This document shows, in pieces, positions 9,141 to 18,146 of a stretch of 41,439 nucleotides of DNA (within the stretch, counting starts at the first letter, position 1; every line of letters begins with the position of its first letter). The position numbers and the translations under genes are program-made. Origin of the DNA: Thermoproteota archaeon (lineage in GTDB: Archaea > Korarchaeota > Korarchaeia > Korarchaeales > Korarchaeaceae); contig JAOZFI010000023.1 of assembly GCA_027491395.1 (NCBI GenBank), positions 1-41,439 on the forward strand, given 5' to 3'. Below the pieces are notes generated by a model that searched no databases, was not told where the DNA came from, and saw only the letters and a list, made by a program, of their open reading frames with translations.

Positions 9141-9913
9141 GCATAAGGGATAAGGTAATGGGCCTCTATTCGGCCTTCGTGTACGCCTTCCTCTACGTAC
9201 CGATACTGATAGTCATAGTCTTCTCCTTCAACGAATCAAGAACCCTAGGCCATTTCACGGGCTTCTCCCTTAAGTGGTATCAGGTTCTGCTCGAGGACAA
9301 GGTCGTGTGGGTGGCCTTCTACAACAGCCTCAACGTGGCTGTGATAACCACTCTAGTCTCCCTGTTACTAGGGACTCTCTCAGCCTACGGCATGATTAGG
9401 CTCGATATAGGAGGTAAAGGGGCTATAGACAGCCTGCTATATGTTCCTATAATAATTCCGGAGATAGCGGAGGCCCTCTCCCTTCTGCTCTTCTACAAAT
9501 TCTCAGGCTACGATCTGGGTTGGCTAACCGTCCTCTTGGGACACATAGCCTTCGACATATCTTTCGTTTACGTTGTAGTGAGGGCTAGGCTGGCCGGCTT
9601 CGACAGATCGCTTGAGGAGGCTTCTCTCACCCTAGGAGCGAATGAGGTTCAGACGTTCCTCAAGATAACCCTGCCGCTTTCCATGCCCGGCATCATAGCG
9701 GCAGCTCTTATAGCGTTCACCCTCTCCTTTGACGACTTCATAAAAACCGCGTTCACCACAGGCCCCGGCTTCCAGACGCTGCCCCTCATAATATGGTCTC
9801 AATCGGCTAGAGGGGGCGTTGGTCCTGAGCTCAACGCTCTGACCACTGTTATCATGGCTATCTCCATGACGATCGCCTATATTTATGCGAGGCTGACCAT
9901 GGAGAAGCAATAA
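9137..9913 (+). CDS. potC: Polyamine ABC transporter permease
   Basis: Motifs FLYVPILIVIVFSFN, GFSLKWY, LEEASLTLGA and FTLSFDDF. ATGA overlap with potB. Confidence 0.88.
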   Translation: MSIRDKVMGLYSAFVYAFLYVPILIVIVFSFNESRTLGHFTGFSLKWYQVLLEDKVVWVAFYNSLNVAVITTLVSLLLGTLSAYGMIRLDIGGKGAIDSLLYVPIIIPEIAEALSLLLFYKFSGYDLGWLTVLLGHIAFDISFVYVVVRARLAGFDRSLEEASLTLGANEVQTFLKITLPLSMPGIIAAALIAFTLSFDDFIKTAFTTGPGFQTLPLIIWSQSARGGVGPELNALTTVIMAISMTIAYIYARLTMEKQ

Positions 9914-9940
9914 TTTTTCTCCCTCCTTTCCGGCCTTTTT
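9914..9940 (+). terminator. Oligo-T archaeal terminator after potC
   Basis: TTTTTCTCCCTCCTTTCCGGCCTTTTT directly after the stop codon. Confidence 0.45.
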
Positions 9941-10108
9941 GGTAAATATAGTTGAGAATGAAATGGGACATTATAGATCCGATTTTTGTCGGATAAGATC
10001 TCTTCCCCCTAGGGGAGGCTTGAGGGGATCCCCCACCGTTTGGCTACAATCTTAATAGATCGAACCATGTAGAACTAATTTATTTATGTAGGACCGAGTT
10101 CACAAAGA

Positions 10109-10144
10109 TAGTTACTTTTATTGCCAATGTTAATAAAATAACTA
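10109..10144. promoter_or_regulatory. AT-rich inverted repeat (candidate operator) upstream of the TATA box of the 10204 gene
   Basis: TAGTTA(C)TTTTATT-gccaatgtt-AATAAAATAACTA; TATA-like TTTTTATAT at ~10172-10180. Confidence 0.45.
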
Positions 10145-10203
10145 GACATTCACGGCCCTTTATTCGAAGGGTTTTTATATTTCTCCCTCCTTCCTCCTTC
10201 GGG

Positions 10204-11412
10204 GTGAATCGATTGGTTCGCGTTGTAGTTTTGGGAGCTGGGGTCGTAGCTCCAGCGATAGTCTACGATCTTGCAGATGATGAGGTAAGCCCTCATGTGG
10301 ATGAGATATTGGTGGCTGACCTCTATGAGGAGAGAGCGAAGGCCGTTGTAGAAGATGCAAAGAGGTTCACTACCAGAAAGAAGCTCGAATATGCCAGAGT
10401 CGATGTGAGAAACGTTGAAGAGACTGCTAAACTCCTCGAGGGAGCAGACGTCGTGGTCAACGGAATAATCTACTATTTCATACCACAGGTTATGCGAGCG
10501 GCCCTCAAGGCTGGCGTGCACTATACTGATCTGGGTAGCGAGGTCCCCATACTGAAGAAGCAGCTAGAAATGGACGAGGACTACAGGAAAGCAGGCCTAC
10601 TGGCCATTCCGGGCATGGGCGGATGTCCTGGGATGATAAACGTGGAGGCGAGATACGCGGTCGAGCTACTCGACAAGGTCGAGAAAATCCTACTCAGGGA
10701 GGGATGGATAGACTTCAACGACTACGACAAGCTCGGGATACCACTTCCCGTTCCTTACTCTCTAGACTGCATATTCGACGAGTTCATGGACCCGGTGGAG
10801 GTGTGGGAGGACGGAGAAATCAGGCTGGTGGAGCCAGTCAGGGACTACGAGGTCATGGACTTCCCCGAGCCAGTGGGGAGGCAAAAGATGTACTACATCG
10901 AGCACCCCGAAGTCTGGACCGTGGGAGAGGTGTTCAAGCACAAGGGCCTGAAGTTCGTGGATTACAGGATATCATTCCCCGACGACCTGTTCCTCAAGTA
11001 CAAGCTGCTCACGGATCTGGGACTCACCAAGAAGACTCCCGTTAAGGTAGGCGACATTGAAATCGTGCCTAGGGATCTGGTGAGGAAGCTGGTTATGGAA
11101 ACTCTAGAGGGCAAGGAGATACCACCTAACGACTACGACGTTATGAGGGTCATAGCGGAGGGCGAGAAGGGAGGCAAGAGAGTCAGGATAACAGTGGATA
11201 TACATACCGAGTGGCACAAGAAGTGGAACCTGAGCGCGCAGGCCGTGACCGTCGGAACGCCGACCTCTATAACGGTACAATGGATGGCCACTGGCAGGAT
11301 AAAGGCCGTGGGCGTGAAGCACCCAGAGGAGGTAATAGAACCCCTGCCATTCTTCGAGGAACTGAAAAAGAGGGGAATGAAGATATTCGTTGAGGAAGAG
11401 AGGCTCCTCTAA
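10204..11412 (+). CDS. Saccharopine dehydrogenase family oxidoreductase (lysine 6-dehydrogenase / carboxyspermidine dehydrogenase-like)
   Basis: Rossmann VVVLGAGVVA, ADVVVNG, ALKAGVHYTDL, GMGGCPG and HPE; C-terminal GVKHPEE..PFFEELKKRG. Confidence 0.85.
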   Translation: MNRLVRVVVLGAGVVAPAIVYDLADDEVSPHVDEILVADLYEERAKAVVEDAKRFTTRKKLEYARVDVRNVEETAKLLEGADVVVNGIIYYFIPQVMRAALKAGVHYTDLGSEVPILKKQLEMDEDYRKAGLLAIPGMGGCPGMINVEARYAVELLDKVEKILLREGWIDFNDYDKLGIPLPVPYSLDCIFDEFMDPVEVWEDGEIRLVEPVRDYEVMDFPEPVGRQKMYYIEHPEVWTVGEVFKHKGLKFVDYRISFPDDLFLKYKLLTDLGLTKKTPVKVGDIEIVPRDLVRKLVMETLEGKEIPPNDYDVMRVIAEGEKGGKRVRITVDIHTEWHKKWNLSAQAVTVGTPTSITVQWMATGRIKAVGVKHPEEVIEPLPFFEELKKRGMKIFVEEERLL

Positions 11413-12635
11413 GCCGCCTGGACCTCCTCCCACACCTCATTTAATTTGGCCTTCTGTTCATCGGTGAGTACTGGTACGAACCACAGCCTCTTTTGAACAT
11501 CCTCAGGCGGATATACTATCGGATCCTTGAGCACATCCTCCTCCATGAGAGGCTGAGATGCCTTCACGGGGTTCGCGTATTTTATGTAGTTAGAGTTCAC
11601 AGCCGCAACTGCTGGGTCGAGCAGGAAGTTTATGAACAGGTGAGCGGCGATAGGATGCGGAGCGTCCTTGGGTATCAAGAGGTTATCGGTCCACTTGGTT
11701 CCTCCCTCCTCCGGTATGCCGTAGCTGACCTTGTCAGCCAGCTCTGGATGCTCCTCTTCCTTGAAGACAGCTATATCACCGTTGTAGGCGTGAGCCACAT
11801 ATATGCTCCCGTTGGCCAGTCCTTGGAAGTACTCGCTCGTACCAGCGTAGGCAGCAAGGTAGGGCTTCTGTTTTATTAGGACCTCCTTCACCTCCTCCAT
11901 CGTCTTGTCGCTCCAGTCGTTGGGATCCTTGCCGAGATAGGCCTTGGCCGAGAGCACGACCTCTATAGCCTCCTCGAGCATAGTTATCTTCTTCTTGTAC
12001 TTCTCGAGGAATCCATAATTGGGATCGAATATCTGCTTCACCGTAGTAACTCCCTCAGGACAGAGATCGTTCCTCCAAGAGTAGCCTGTGGTGCCCCACA
12101 TGTACACAAAGCTGTACTTGTTGCCGGGGTCGAATGGTGGGTTCAGAAAGTTCGGATCCATGAACTTGGCGTTAGGTATGAGGGATTTGTCCAGCTCCCT
12201 TACGTACCCCCTCCTTATGGCGAGGGCCGCGTCGTTGTCAGGAAGGACTATCACGTCGTAGCCGCTACCGCCAGCCTCGAGTTTGGCGAAGGGCTCGGCC
12301 GGATCCTCGAACACATCGTAAACTATCTTATCTCTAGGTATGCCGGTCTCCTGGGAGAATATGTCGAGAAGGGCCTCTTGGATGTAGTATGACCAGTTAT
12401 ACACGTGGAGGGCGCCCTCATGCTTGGGCATCGCTGATACCGTTTTTGTCACAGTAGTGGTCACCACACCCTTCTCAGCGAGCTGCTTCCTGAGCTTCTC
12501 TATCTCCTTCTCATACTCAGCTATCTTCTCAGGACTTACTCCCGGTCCTCTAAGCGACCAGCCGGCTGCTCCGCCGACAACGAGGCCGGCAACACCGGCT
12601 ATCGCTATCTTCAAAAATTCCCTTCGGCTCGTCAT
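11409..12635 (-). CDS. potD: Polyamine ABC transporter substrate-binding protein (PotD/PotF family) with twin-arginine signal
   Basis: SRREFLK plus hydrophobic helix; motifs YNWSYY, FDPGNKYS..YMWGTTG, AYNGD, PEEGGTKWTDN and AHLFINFLLDP. Confidence 0.85.
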   Translation of the reverse strand: MTSRREFLKIAIAGVAGLVVGGAAGWSLRGPGVSPEKIAEYEKEIEKLRKQLAEKGVVTTTVTKTVSAMPKHEGALHVYNWSYYIQEALLDIFSQETGIPRDKIVYDVFEDPAEPFAKLEAGGSGYDVIVLPDNDAALAIRRGYVRELDKSLIPNAKFMDPNFLNPPFDPGNKYSFVYMWGTTGYSWRNDLCPEGVTTVKQIFDPNYGFLEKYKKKITMLEEAIEVVLSAKAYLGKDPNDWSDKTMEEVKEVLIKQKPYLAAYAGTSEYFQGLANGSIYVAHAYNGDIAVFKEEEHPELADKVSYGIPEEGGTKWTDNLLIPKDAPHPIAAHLFINFLLDPAVAAVNSNYIKYANPVKASQPLMEEDVLKDPIVYPPEDVQKRLWFVPVLTDEQKAKLNEVWEEVQAA

Positions 12636-12821
12636 GATGAACCCTAAGCTGGCCTAATTCGGCTTGCTTTTAACCCTTGCCTCTGATCGAACTTCACCGC
12701 TAGGTTAGGATTTTTCTTTAACTGAACGGGGGTCCCTCAGGGACTACCCTGTATGGTGATCTGTTCAAGCTTATTGGTGATCGAGGTGATATAGTGGACC
12801 TCAAACAGCTGGGAAGCGGCC

Positions 12822-13037
12822 TCAGTCTACGAAATGAATTATAACAGGTCCAGGATAGAGTCCCCTAGACCAAAGCCTCTGGAGGAGGCTGTACCTGTCC
12901 TCGTCGCTGTCCACGACCCTGTTCCCGAGTACCGCCACATACTTACCTCTATAACTCATTCTGAGCAGAGAAGCGTTCCTCTCCAGCCAGTTCCTACCTC
13001 TCCTGTACTCCACGAGGTCGTCTATCAGGGTGGCCAT
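12822..13037 (-). CDS. Small DUF5678-like protein
   Basis: YRGKYVAVLGNRVVDSDED pattern is typical of DUF5678. Confidence 0.6.
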   Translation of the reverse strand: MATLIDDLVEYRRGRNWLERNASLLRMSYRGKYVAVLGNRVVDSDEDRYSLLQRLWSRGLYPGPVIIHFVD

Positions 13038-13094
13038 CAGGGTGTCCCGGATGCTGAAGGGATAAAATGGGTGATAGGAAGATGTAATGCGCCC

Positions 13095-15050
13095 CTATCG
13101 CTTCCCTAGCAAGTAACCGGCGAGGAGCCCTATGAGGAGGGCCCCGAGAAGCAGGACCATCTGGGAAGTGGGGGTGACCATCGTCTTTGGGTTCGATGTC
13201 ACGGTCCGTGGTACCGTGACAGTCACTGTGGTGGGCGTTTTGGTGGGGATCTCTGGTCCGGTTGCGGTAGGAGTCGTGGAAGGGGTCTGCTTGAGCTGGC
13301 TTCCCGCCAAGGTTAGCAGGGACAGCATATGGGCGTGAGCCGAGCTCAGCTCGAAGTATACTATAGAATCGAACTGGCTCCCCGACTTCTCATAGACCTT
13401 GGCAGTCTCCGCATAGCTCAATGCCAAGACGGGGATTATACCCTTTCGAAGGAGTTCGTTTATCGAGGAGTAGCTCATCTTCCTGAGGGCGTCCTGGACG
13501 GCCTTGGGATCGCTGGTGAACCACTGGTGTATCGATGCTGTTGCCTTCGCCAAGGCGCTGGTGGTCATTCCCAAGCTCCCGTACAGGTCTCCCGAAGAGA
13601 ACGCGGCTCCGGCCCTATCGAGATCATCGGAGGCCTCGTTGAGCAGATCAGAGGTGGCTCCAACGTCCTGTAGCAGGCTGACCGCGTATGATACTACGCT
13701 CTCCGCCTCATATAGCATGACCGAAGCCACTTTCCTCAAACGTGATTCCGGCACTATCTTCCCCTTGCCCACCCCGAAGAGCCATGTCCAAGTCTCAGCC
13801 GTCTCTGCCCTCCAGTACGCGTAGGACAGCCAGTGGAGGGCGCCCCAGTCCGTGGAGTCGAAGTAAACCTTCTTGGACGCAAGCAGAGTCGCTCTGGAGA
13901 GCGCGTCCCTCGCCATATAGTAACGGGTCTTGGCAGCTATCAACGCCTCCAAAGAGCTCAGGCTGCTCGGTTTCGTCCCATTCAGCTTACTTCCGACCGA
14001 ATTTATCTTATCACTTGCCCTCTCGGCTATCAGATCGATAGATTTGGGACCAGAGACGGCGAAGTAGACGAGGGACCTCGCGTACTCGGCCTCGAAGGTC
14101 GACTGGAAGGCGAAACTCGAGGCCGTATAATACAGCCCGCTGGCCAACTCCTTCTTGGCCTTGTTCGATAGCTCCTCCGATAATGCCAGAACCTTCTCGA
14201 CCGCGTTCCTGGCCATGTAGCTGAGCTTGCTGAGGTTCGCCTCCACCCACTTCCTTATGGACTCACTTTCCTTCAGGTAGTGATCTACCCACCTCTCTAT
14301 CACCCCTTTGAGTTCCTTCGGGAGGTTCGGTTCCTTAGCTGTTGGGCGCTCCAGCTCTATGCCGATCATGTACCGCGCAGCGTCAGCGATTGTGCTCACC
14401 TCCTTGACTTCCACTCCCAGTTTCTTCCCTAGCTCGACGAGGTCCACCTTCTCCTTCTCCACGGTGGTCATTATGAGGGGCCCTATCTTCACCTGCTTGG
14501 GCACGGTCCTCTCGACCACCCTCTGACCAGCGGGAACCAAGAACACCTTGGCTCCACCCTTAGCGGCAGCTTCCAGCTTCTCCGGTATACCCCCCACCGG
14601 CCCTACCGTTCCATCTGGATTCACCATTCCCGTCATCACAACATCCTGCTTGACCTCCTTTCCTAGAAGAGCAGCTATCGTAGCCACTGTCATGGCCGCC
14701 CCGGCGCTAGGTCCACCTATTATCATGCTATCGGACTCCAAACGATAATAGAAGTTGTAGGAGAGGGGATCCTTGCCCAGAGTGTAGCTAGCGACAAGGG
14801 CGGCAGTTCTGGCTGCCCCTTGAGTATCGATCTGGGTTAAAGGATCGGCGGAGAAGTAAACATAGCCCTCTCCAGGCTCGACCTCGACGGTCAGGTTTCC
14901 CAGTGAACCCATCGATATTCCTTCCGGTGTCTGATATACTGCCGGAACTCTGGTGAATGCTCTGCTCCTGTTAGAGGCCTCAGAGGTTATAGGCGCCAGT
15001 AATGTGAGTATAAGAAGGACAGTTACTGCAATCTTAACCATTCTATGCAT
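13095..15050 (-). CDS. Membrane-anchored archaeal S16 (Lon-type proteolytic domain) serine protease
   Basis: Signal peptide; GPSAG (Ser) and GPVGGIPEKLEAA (Lys) dyad; helical region; Thr/Pro-rich linker; C-terminal TM. ATG 15050 preceded by GGTGA. Confidence 0.85.
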   Translation of the reverse strand: MHRMVKIAVTVLLILTLLAPITSEASNRSRAFTRVPAVYQTPEGISMGSLGNLTVEVEPGEGYVYFSADPLTQIDTQGAARTAALVASYTLGKDPLSYNFYYRLESDSMIIGGPSAGAAMTVATIAALLGKEVKQDVVMTGMVNPDGTVGPVGGIPEKLEAAAKGGAKVFLVPAGQRVVERTVPKQVKIGPLIMTTVEKEKVDLVELGKKLGVEVKEVSTIADAARYMIGIELERPTAKEPNLPKELKGVIERWVDHYLKESESIRKWVEANLSKLSYMARNAVEKVLALSEELSNKAKKELASGLYYTASSFAFQSTFEAEYARSLVYFAVSGPKSIDLIAERASDKINSVGSKLNGTKPSSLSSLEALIAAKTRYYMARDALSRATLLASKKVYFDSTDWGALHWLSYAYWRAETAETWTWLFGVGKGKIVPESRLRKVASVMLYEAESVVSYAVSLLQDVGATSDLLNEASDDLDRAGAAFSSGDLYGSLGMTTSALAKATASIHQWFTSDPKAVQDALRKMSYSSINELLRKGIIPVLALSYAETAKVYEKSGSQFDSIVYFELSSAHAHMLSLLTLAGSQLKQTPSTTPTATGPEIPTKTPTTVTVTVPRTVTSNPKTMVTPTSQMVLLLGALLIGLLAGYLLGKR

Positions 15051-15240
15051 TCGAGTCACCGTATTCAAGTCGTTACTGGGGAAAATTAACTGTTTGTGCG
15101 TCAATTGATTATTCCAAGCGGGAGGGGAGTTCGTCGAGAGGAAGACTATCGGATATGAAAGAAGAGCCCGCAGCTCTCGGAACGGACAAGGTGCGGTGAT
15201 GTTTAAAGCTATTGCCTATTCAAGCTGATCAGGTGATAGC

Positions 15241-15678
15241 ATGTCCCCTGCATGGAAACCTAAGAGGAAGGTCCCCCTCCGAGTCGAGGACATAATGAGT
15301 AAACCTCCGATCACACTCCCAGTTACCGCGACAGTTGATGATGCCATCAAGACCATGTGGGAGAACCAAGTTGGGAGTGTACTCATAGTGGATGAGGATG
15401 GTAAGCTCGTTGGAATCGTCACTCAGAGGGATATATTGTATACGGGATATAGGGGCCTTTGCGGTAAGGGGATACCGGTCAGGGATGTGATGACCGAGAA
15501 CCCGATCACCATCAAGCCTGAGGAGCCCGTTGAAGAGGCCACTAGGAAGATGAAGGATGCCGACATATCGCACCTACCCGTGGTGGATGAGGAGGGCAAG
15601 CCCGTCGGCGTCCTCTCGATGAGGGACGTCATGGACGCCTCGATGCTGTTGCTTAGGGTCCTGCTAGGAGCCGAGTGA
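15241..15678 (+). CDS. Tandem CBS-domain protein
   Basis: VEDIMSKPPIT...LVGIVTQRDI and VRDVMTENPIT...HLPVVDEEGKPVGVLSMRDV. GGTGA RBS. Confidence 0.9.
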   Translation: MSPAWKPKRKVPLRVEDIMSKPPITLPVTATVDDAIKTMWENQVGSVLIVDEDGKLVGIVTQRDILYTGYRGLCGKGIPVRDVMTENPITIKPEEPVEEATRKMKDADISHLPVVDEEGKPVGVLSMRDVMDASMLLLRVLLGAE

Positions 15679-16988
15679 TCGGCGCCCCTCTACCTTTTTT
15701 GGATGTTAGATCTCGATGGAGGGTGCTCCTTTTGTCTAAGGAGGTCGAGTTGATAGAGGTACATGAGGAGCCCGATGAGGAATCTTTAGCCCTAGAAATT
15801 GCTCAGAAGTTAGACGAAGGAACCTCCGTGGTGCTGAAGGGTCCTCCCGAGAGGGTCAAGGTAATTATAGAGCTGATCAGGAGGTATGGAGCCAACTGGC
15901 TCCGAGTGGTTTACTCGCCACCGTGGGAGGATCCAGCAAAGTACGTGGAGTACGCCAGGTACTTGAGATCAGAAGCTCCGTACAGGTTGCTGGGTGAGAA
16001 GCCCCTCAAGAGGAGGATACTCATCAGGAGAATGGCCAAGGCCTCCTTCGACTACATGGATGCTCCCCTCGTAGATAGCAGATGCGCGAGTCTCGACCAC
16101 TGCTACCTATGCATCGACAGCTGCCCTGAGAATGCCATAATTAGGGAGAAACCGGTCAAAATAGACCTGAGTAGGTGCACGGAGTGCGGAGCGTGCGTAA
16201 ATGCCTGCCCCGTCGGCTATCTGACACCCCCTAGTTTCACGCTCATCGGTTTCAGGAGGTTCGCGAGGGAGTCCGATATCATTCACGCAGTTCCCCTATC
16301 GAAGCTTGAGGAAGTGGGGGATGGGAGCATCATTAGATCCCAAGAGGGATCCTTCCCGCTCGTTGCCGTACTGCTCTCCAAGGTGATGGGGGTTGAATTC
16401 AGGGGCGTCGGGCTTGACCTCTTGGATCCGTACTTGAAGGAGCTCAGTAATCTGCCAAGAGGAGAGAGGAGGTCCGTTCGAATAGAGAGGTTCAACGAGC
16501 ATGCATCGCTGGAAGCAACCCTGATTGCATCCGAGCTGGAGGACAGGGATGAATGGATTAACTTGAAGCACCTAAACTTCTTCAGAGTGTCGGTTTCCTC
16601 CGACGAATGCACGCTTTGCGGCGTCTGTCCAAAGGTGTGTCCGACGAAGGCCCTCAGAATCACTAGGGAGGGGGATACACTGAAGCTCGAGTTCTCCCAT
16701 CAGCTGTGCATAGGATGCGGAGCATGTGAGGAATCCTGCCCAGAGAGCGCCATAGAGCTGAGCAGGGAGATAAATCCGCACCTGCTCATCACCGGAAATT
16801 TCGTGGAGGAGGTCGAGGACGAGATAGCTAGGTGCAGGGGATGCGGCGCCCCACTTGATGGGACGGTAAAGATGATCCAAAAGCTCGAGCAGAGGATAAG
16901 AGAGAAGGGTGACGAGAGATACGCGGAACTCGTGTGGTACTGTCCCACCTGTAAGGAGAAGAAGATGTTCGAGGAGCTACTTGGGTAG
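15675..16988 (+). CDS. Polyferredoxin-like 4Fe-4S protein
   Basis: CxxxxxCxxCxxxCP, three CxxCxxCxxxCP motifs, and a C-terminal CRGC...CPTC pair. GTGA overlap with the CBS gene. Confidence 0.85.
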   Translation: MIGAPLPFLDVRSRWRVLLLSKEVELIEVHEEPDEESLALEIAQKLDEGTSVVLKGPPERVKVIIELIRRYGANWLRVVYSPPWEDPAKYVEYARYLRSEAPYRLLGEKPLKRRILIRRMAKASFDYMDAPLVDSRCASLDHCYLCIDSCPENAIIREKPVKIDLSRCTECGACVNACPVGYLTPPSFTLIGFRRFARESDIIHAVPLSKLEEVGDGSIIRSQEGSFPLVAVLLSKVMGVEFRGVGLDLLDPYLKELSNLPRGERRSVRIERFNEHASLEATLIASELEDRDEWINLKHLNFFRVSVSSDECTLCGVCPKVCPTKALRITREGDTLKLEFSHQLCIGCGACEESCPESAIELSREINPHLLITGNFVEEVEDEIARCRGCGAPLDGTVKMIQKLEQRIREKGDERYAELVWYCPTCKEKKMFEELLG

Positions 16989-16999
16989 GCTAGTCCGGT

Positions 17000-18085
17000 T
17001 TAATTCAGGAGCCTACCCTTCCACTCTATTTCAGCGCCTAGGGATGCTCTCACCATGGCCGCGGACAGCAAGATGAGACCGACAGGCGCCAGAGTGAGGG
17101 ACAATGGACTTGTATCCACTTCCTTTAAAGAGATGCTCGCATATCCAAAGATGGATCCCAAGTAGATAATCGAAATTATCGGATTCGTGTAACCCAAAAT
17201 CGCTGTTATTGGGACCAGATAGGAGGCTAGCGACACGTAAATGAGTATTGAAGCCACCAAAAGAGCTGATAACGGCCTTGGCGCCCTAGCGGTCAGTATC
17301 CTCGTGAGAGTGAGCAGGCCCTCGTGCCAGGAGGAGATCCAAGAGCTTTCCGCTATTTCACCCGTGAAAAAAGCTATCCTCATTCCCTTCTCCACAGCCT
17401 CCCTACCCAGTTCCGCGTCCTCCACTGGACTGTCCTTAACGGACTCGTGAGTCCCCACGATCTCGTAGGATTGCCTCTTCCACCACATGAAGGCACCGGC
17501 AAGCCAGCCTTTCCCATAAGTCATGTTCCAGTAAGGGTAAGTGAGCCTGAGCAGCGAGGTGAAGGCCATCTCTATGGAGCCGCAGGCCAGTGAGTCGCAC
17601 TTTATCTTTGGAACCTGAGACAGTGCGTCGTACTCATTGAGCAAACTGCATATCCCCTTCAATCTCTCCTTGACGATAACATCCGCGTCCATGAAGAGAA
17701 GGATGTCGCCGCGGGAGTGCAGATAACCCTGATAACACGCCCAGGGCTTCCCATTCCACCCGTCAGGCTTCTCTAGAACCTTTATCAGGACGCACCTCTC
17801 GTCGCAGTGGTCCACTGCCTCGGAGAAGGTGTTATCCGAGCTGGCATCGTCCACCACCAGAACCTCGTCGTCCGGGCCCAACTTATCCAAGATTGAGGTC
17901 AATGCCTTTCCTATCCTCCCCTCCTCGTTCCTCACAGGAATTATAACAGAGATCTTGCTGCAGTAAGAGGTCTCATCTGGTCTCGGTAATCTTCTGAAGC
18001 CTCTCAAGTTTTCTATGATATTGTAGAGCATGTAAGCTGATATAATTGCGATGCTGAGATTCAGGAGGAGAGATGCTGCTTCCAT
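17000..18085 (-). CDS. Membrane glycosyltransferase family 2
   Basis: Motifs ISVIIPVRNEE, VDDASSDNT, GWNGKPWAC, FMDADV and VEDAELG; N- and C-terminal TM helices. Confidence 0.88.
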   Translation of the reverse strand: MEAASLLLNLSIAIISAYMLYNIIENLRGFRRLPRPDETSYCSKISVIIPVRNEEGRIGKALTSILDKLGPDDEVLVVDDASSDNTFSEAVDHCDERCVLIKVLEKPDGWNGKPWACYQGYLHSRGDILLFMDADVIVKERLKGICSLLNEYDALSQVPKIKCDSLACGSIEMAFTSLLRLTYPYWNMTYGKGWLAGAFMWWKRQSYEIVGTHESVKDSPVEDAELGREAVEKGMRIAFFTGEIAESSWISSWHEGLLTLTRILTARAPRPLSALLVASILIYVSLASYLVPITAILGYTNPIISIIYLGSIFGYASISLKEVDTSPLSLTLAPVGLILLSAAMVRASLGAEIEWKGRLLN

Positions 18086-18146
18086 ATCTACAGCTTCTGC
18101 TGCAGGGACCCTTATAATTCATCTCCCAGTCCTGTGATCGATCGCC

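Noticed and set aside
7101-12790. Recurrent TGATC-containing words upstream of potA and potD
   Set aside because: Too short and inconsistently spaced to distinguish from chance.
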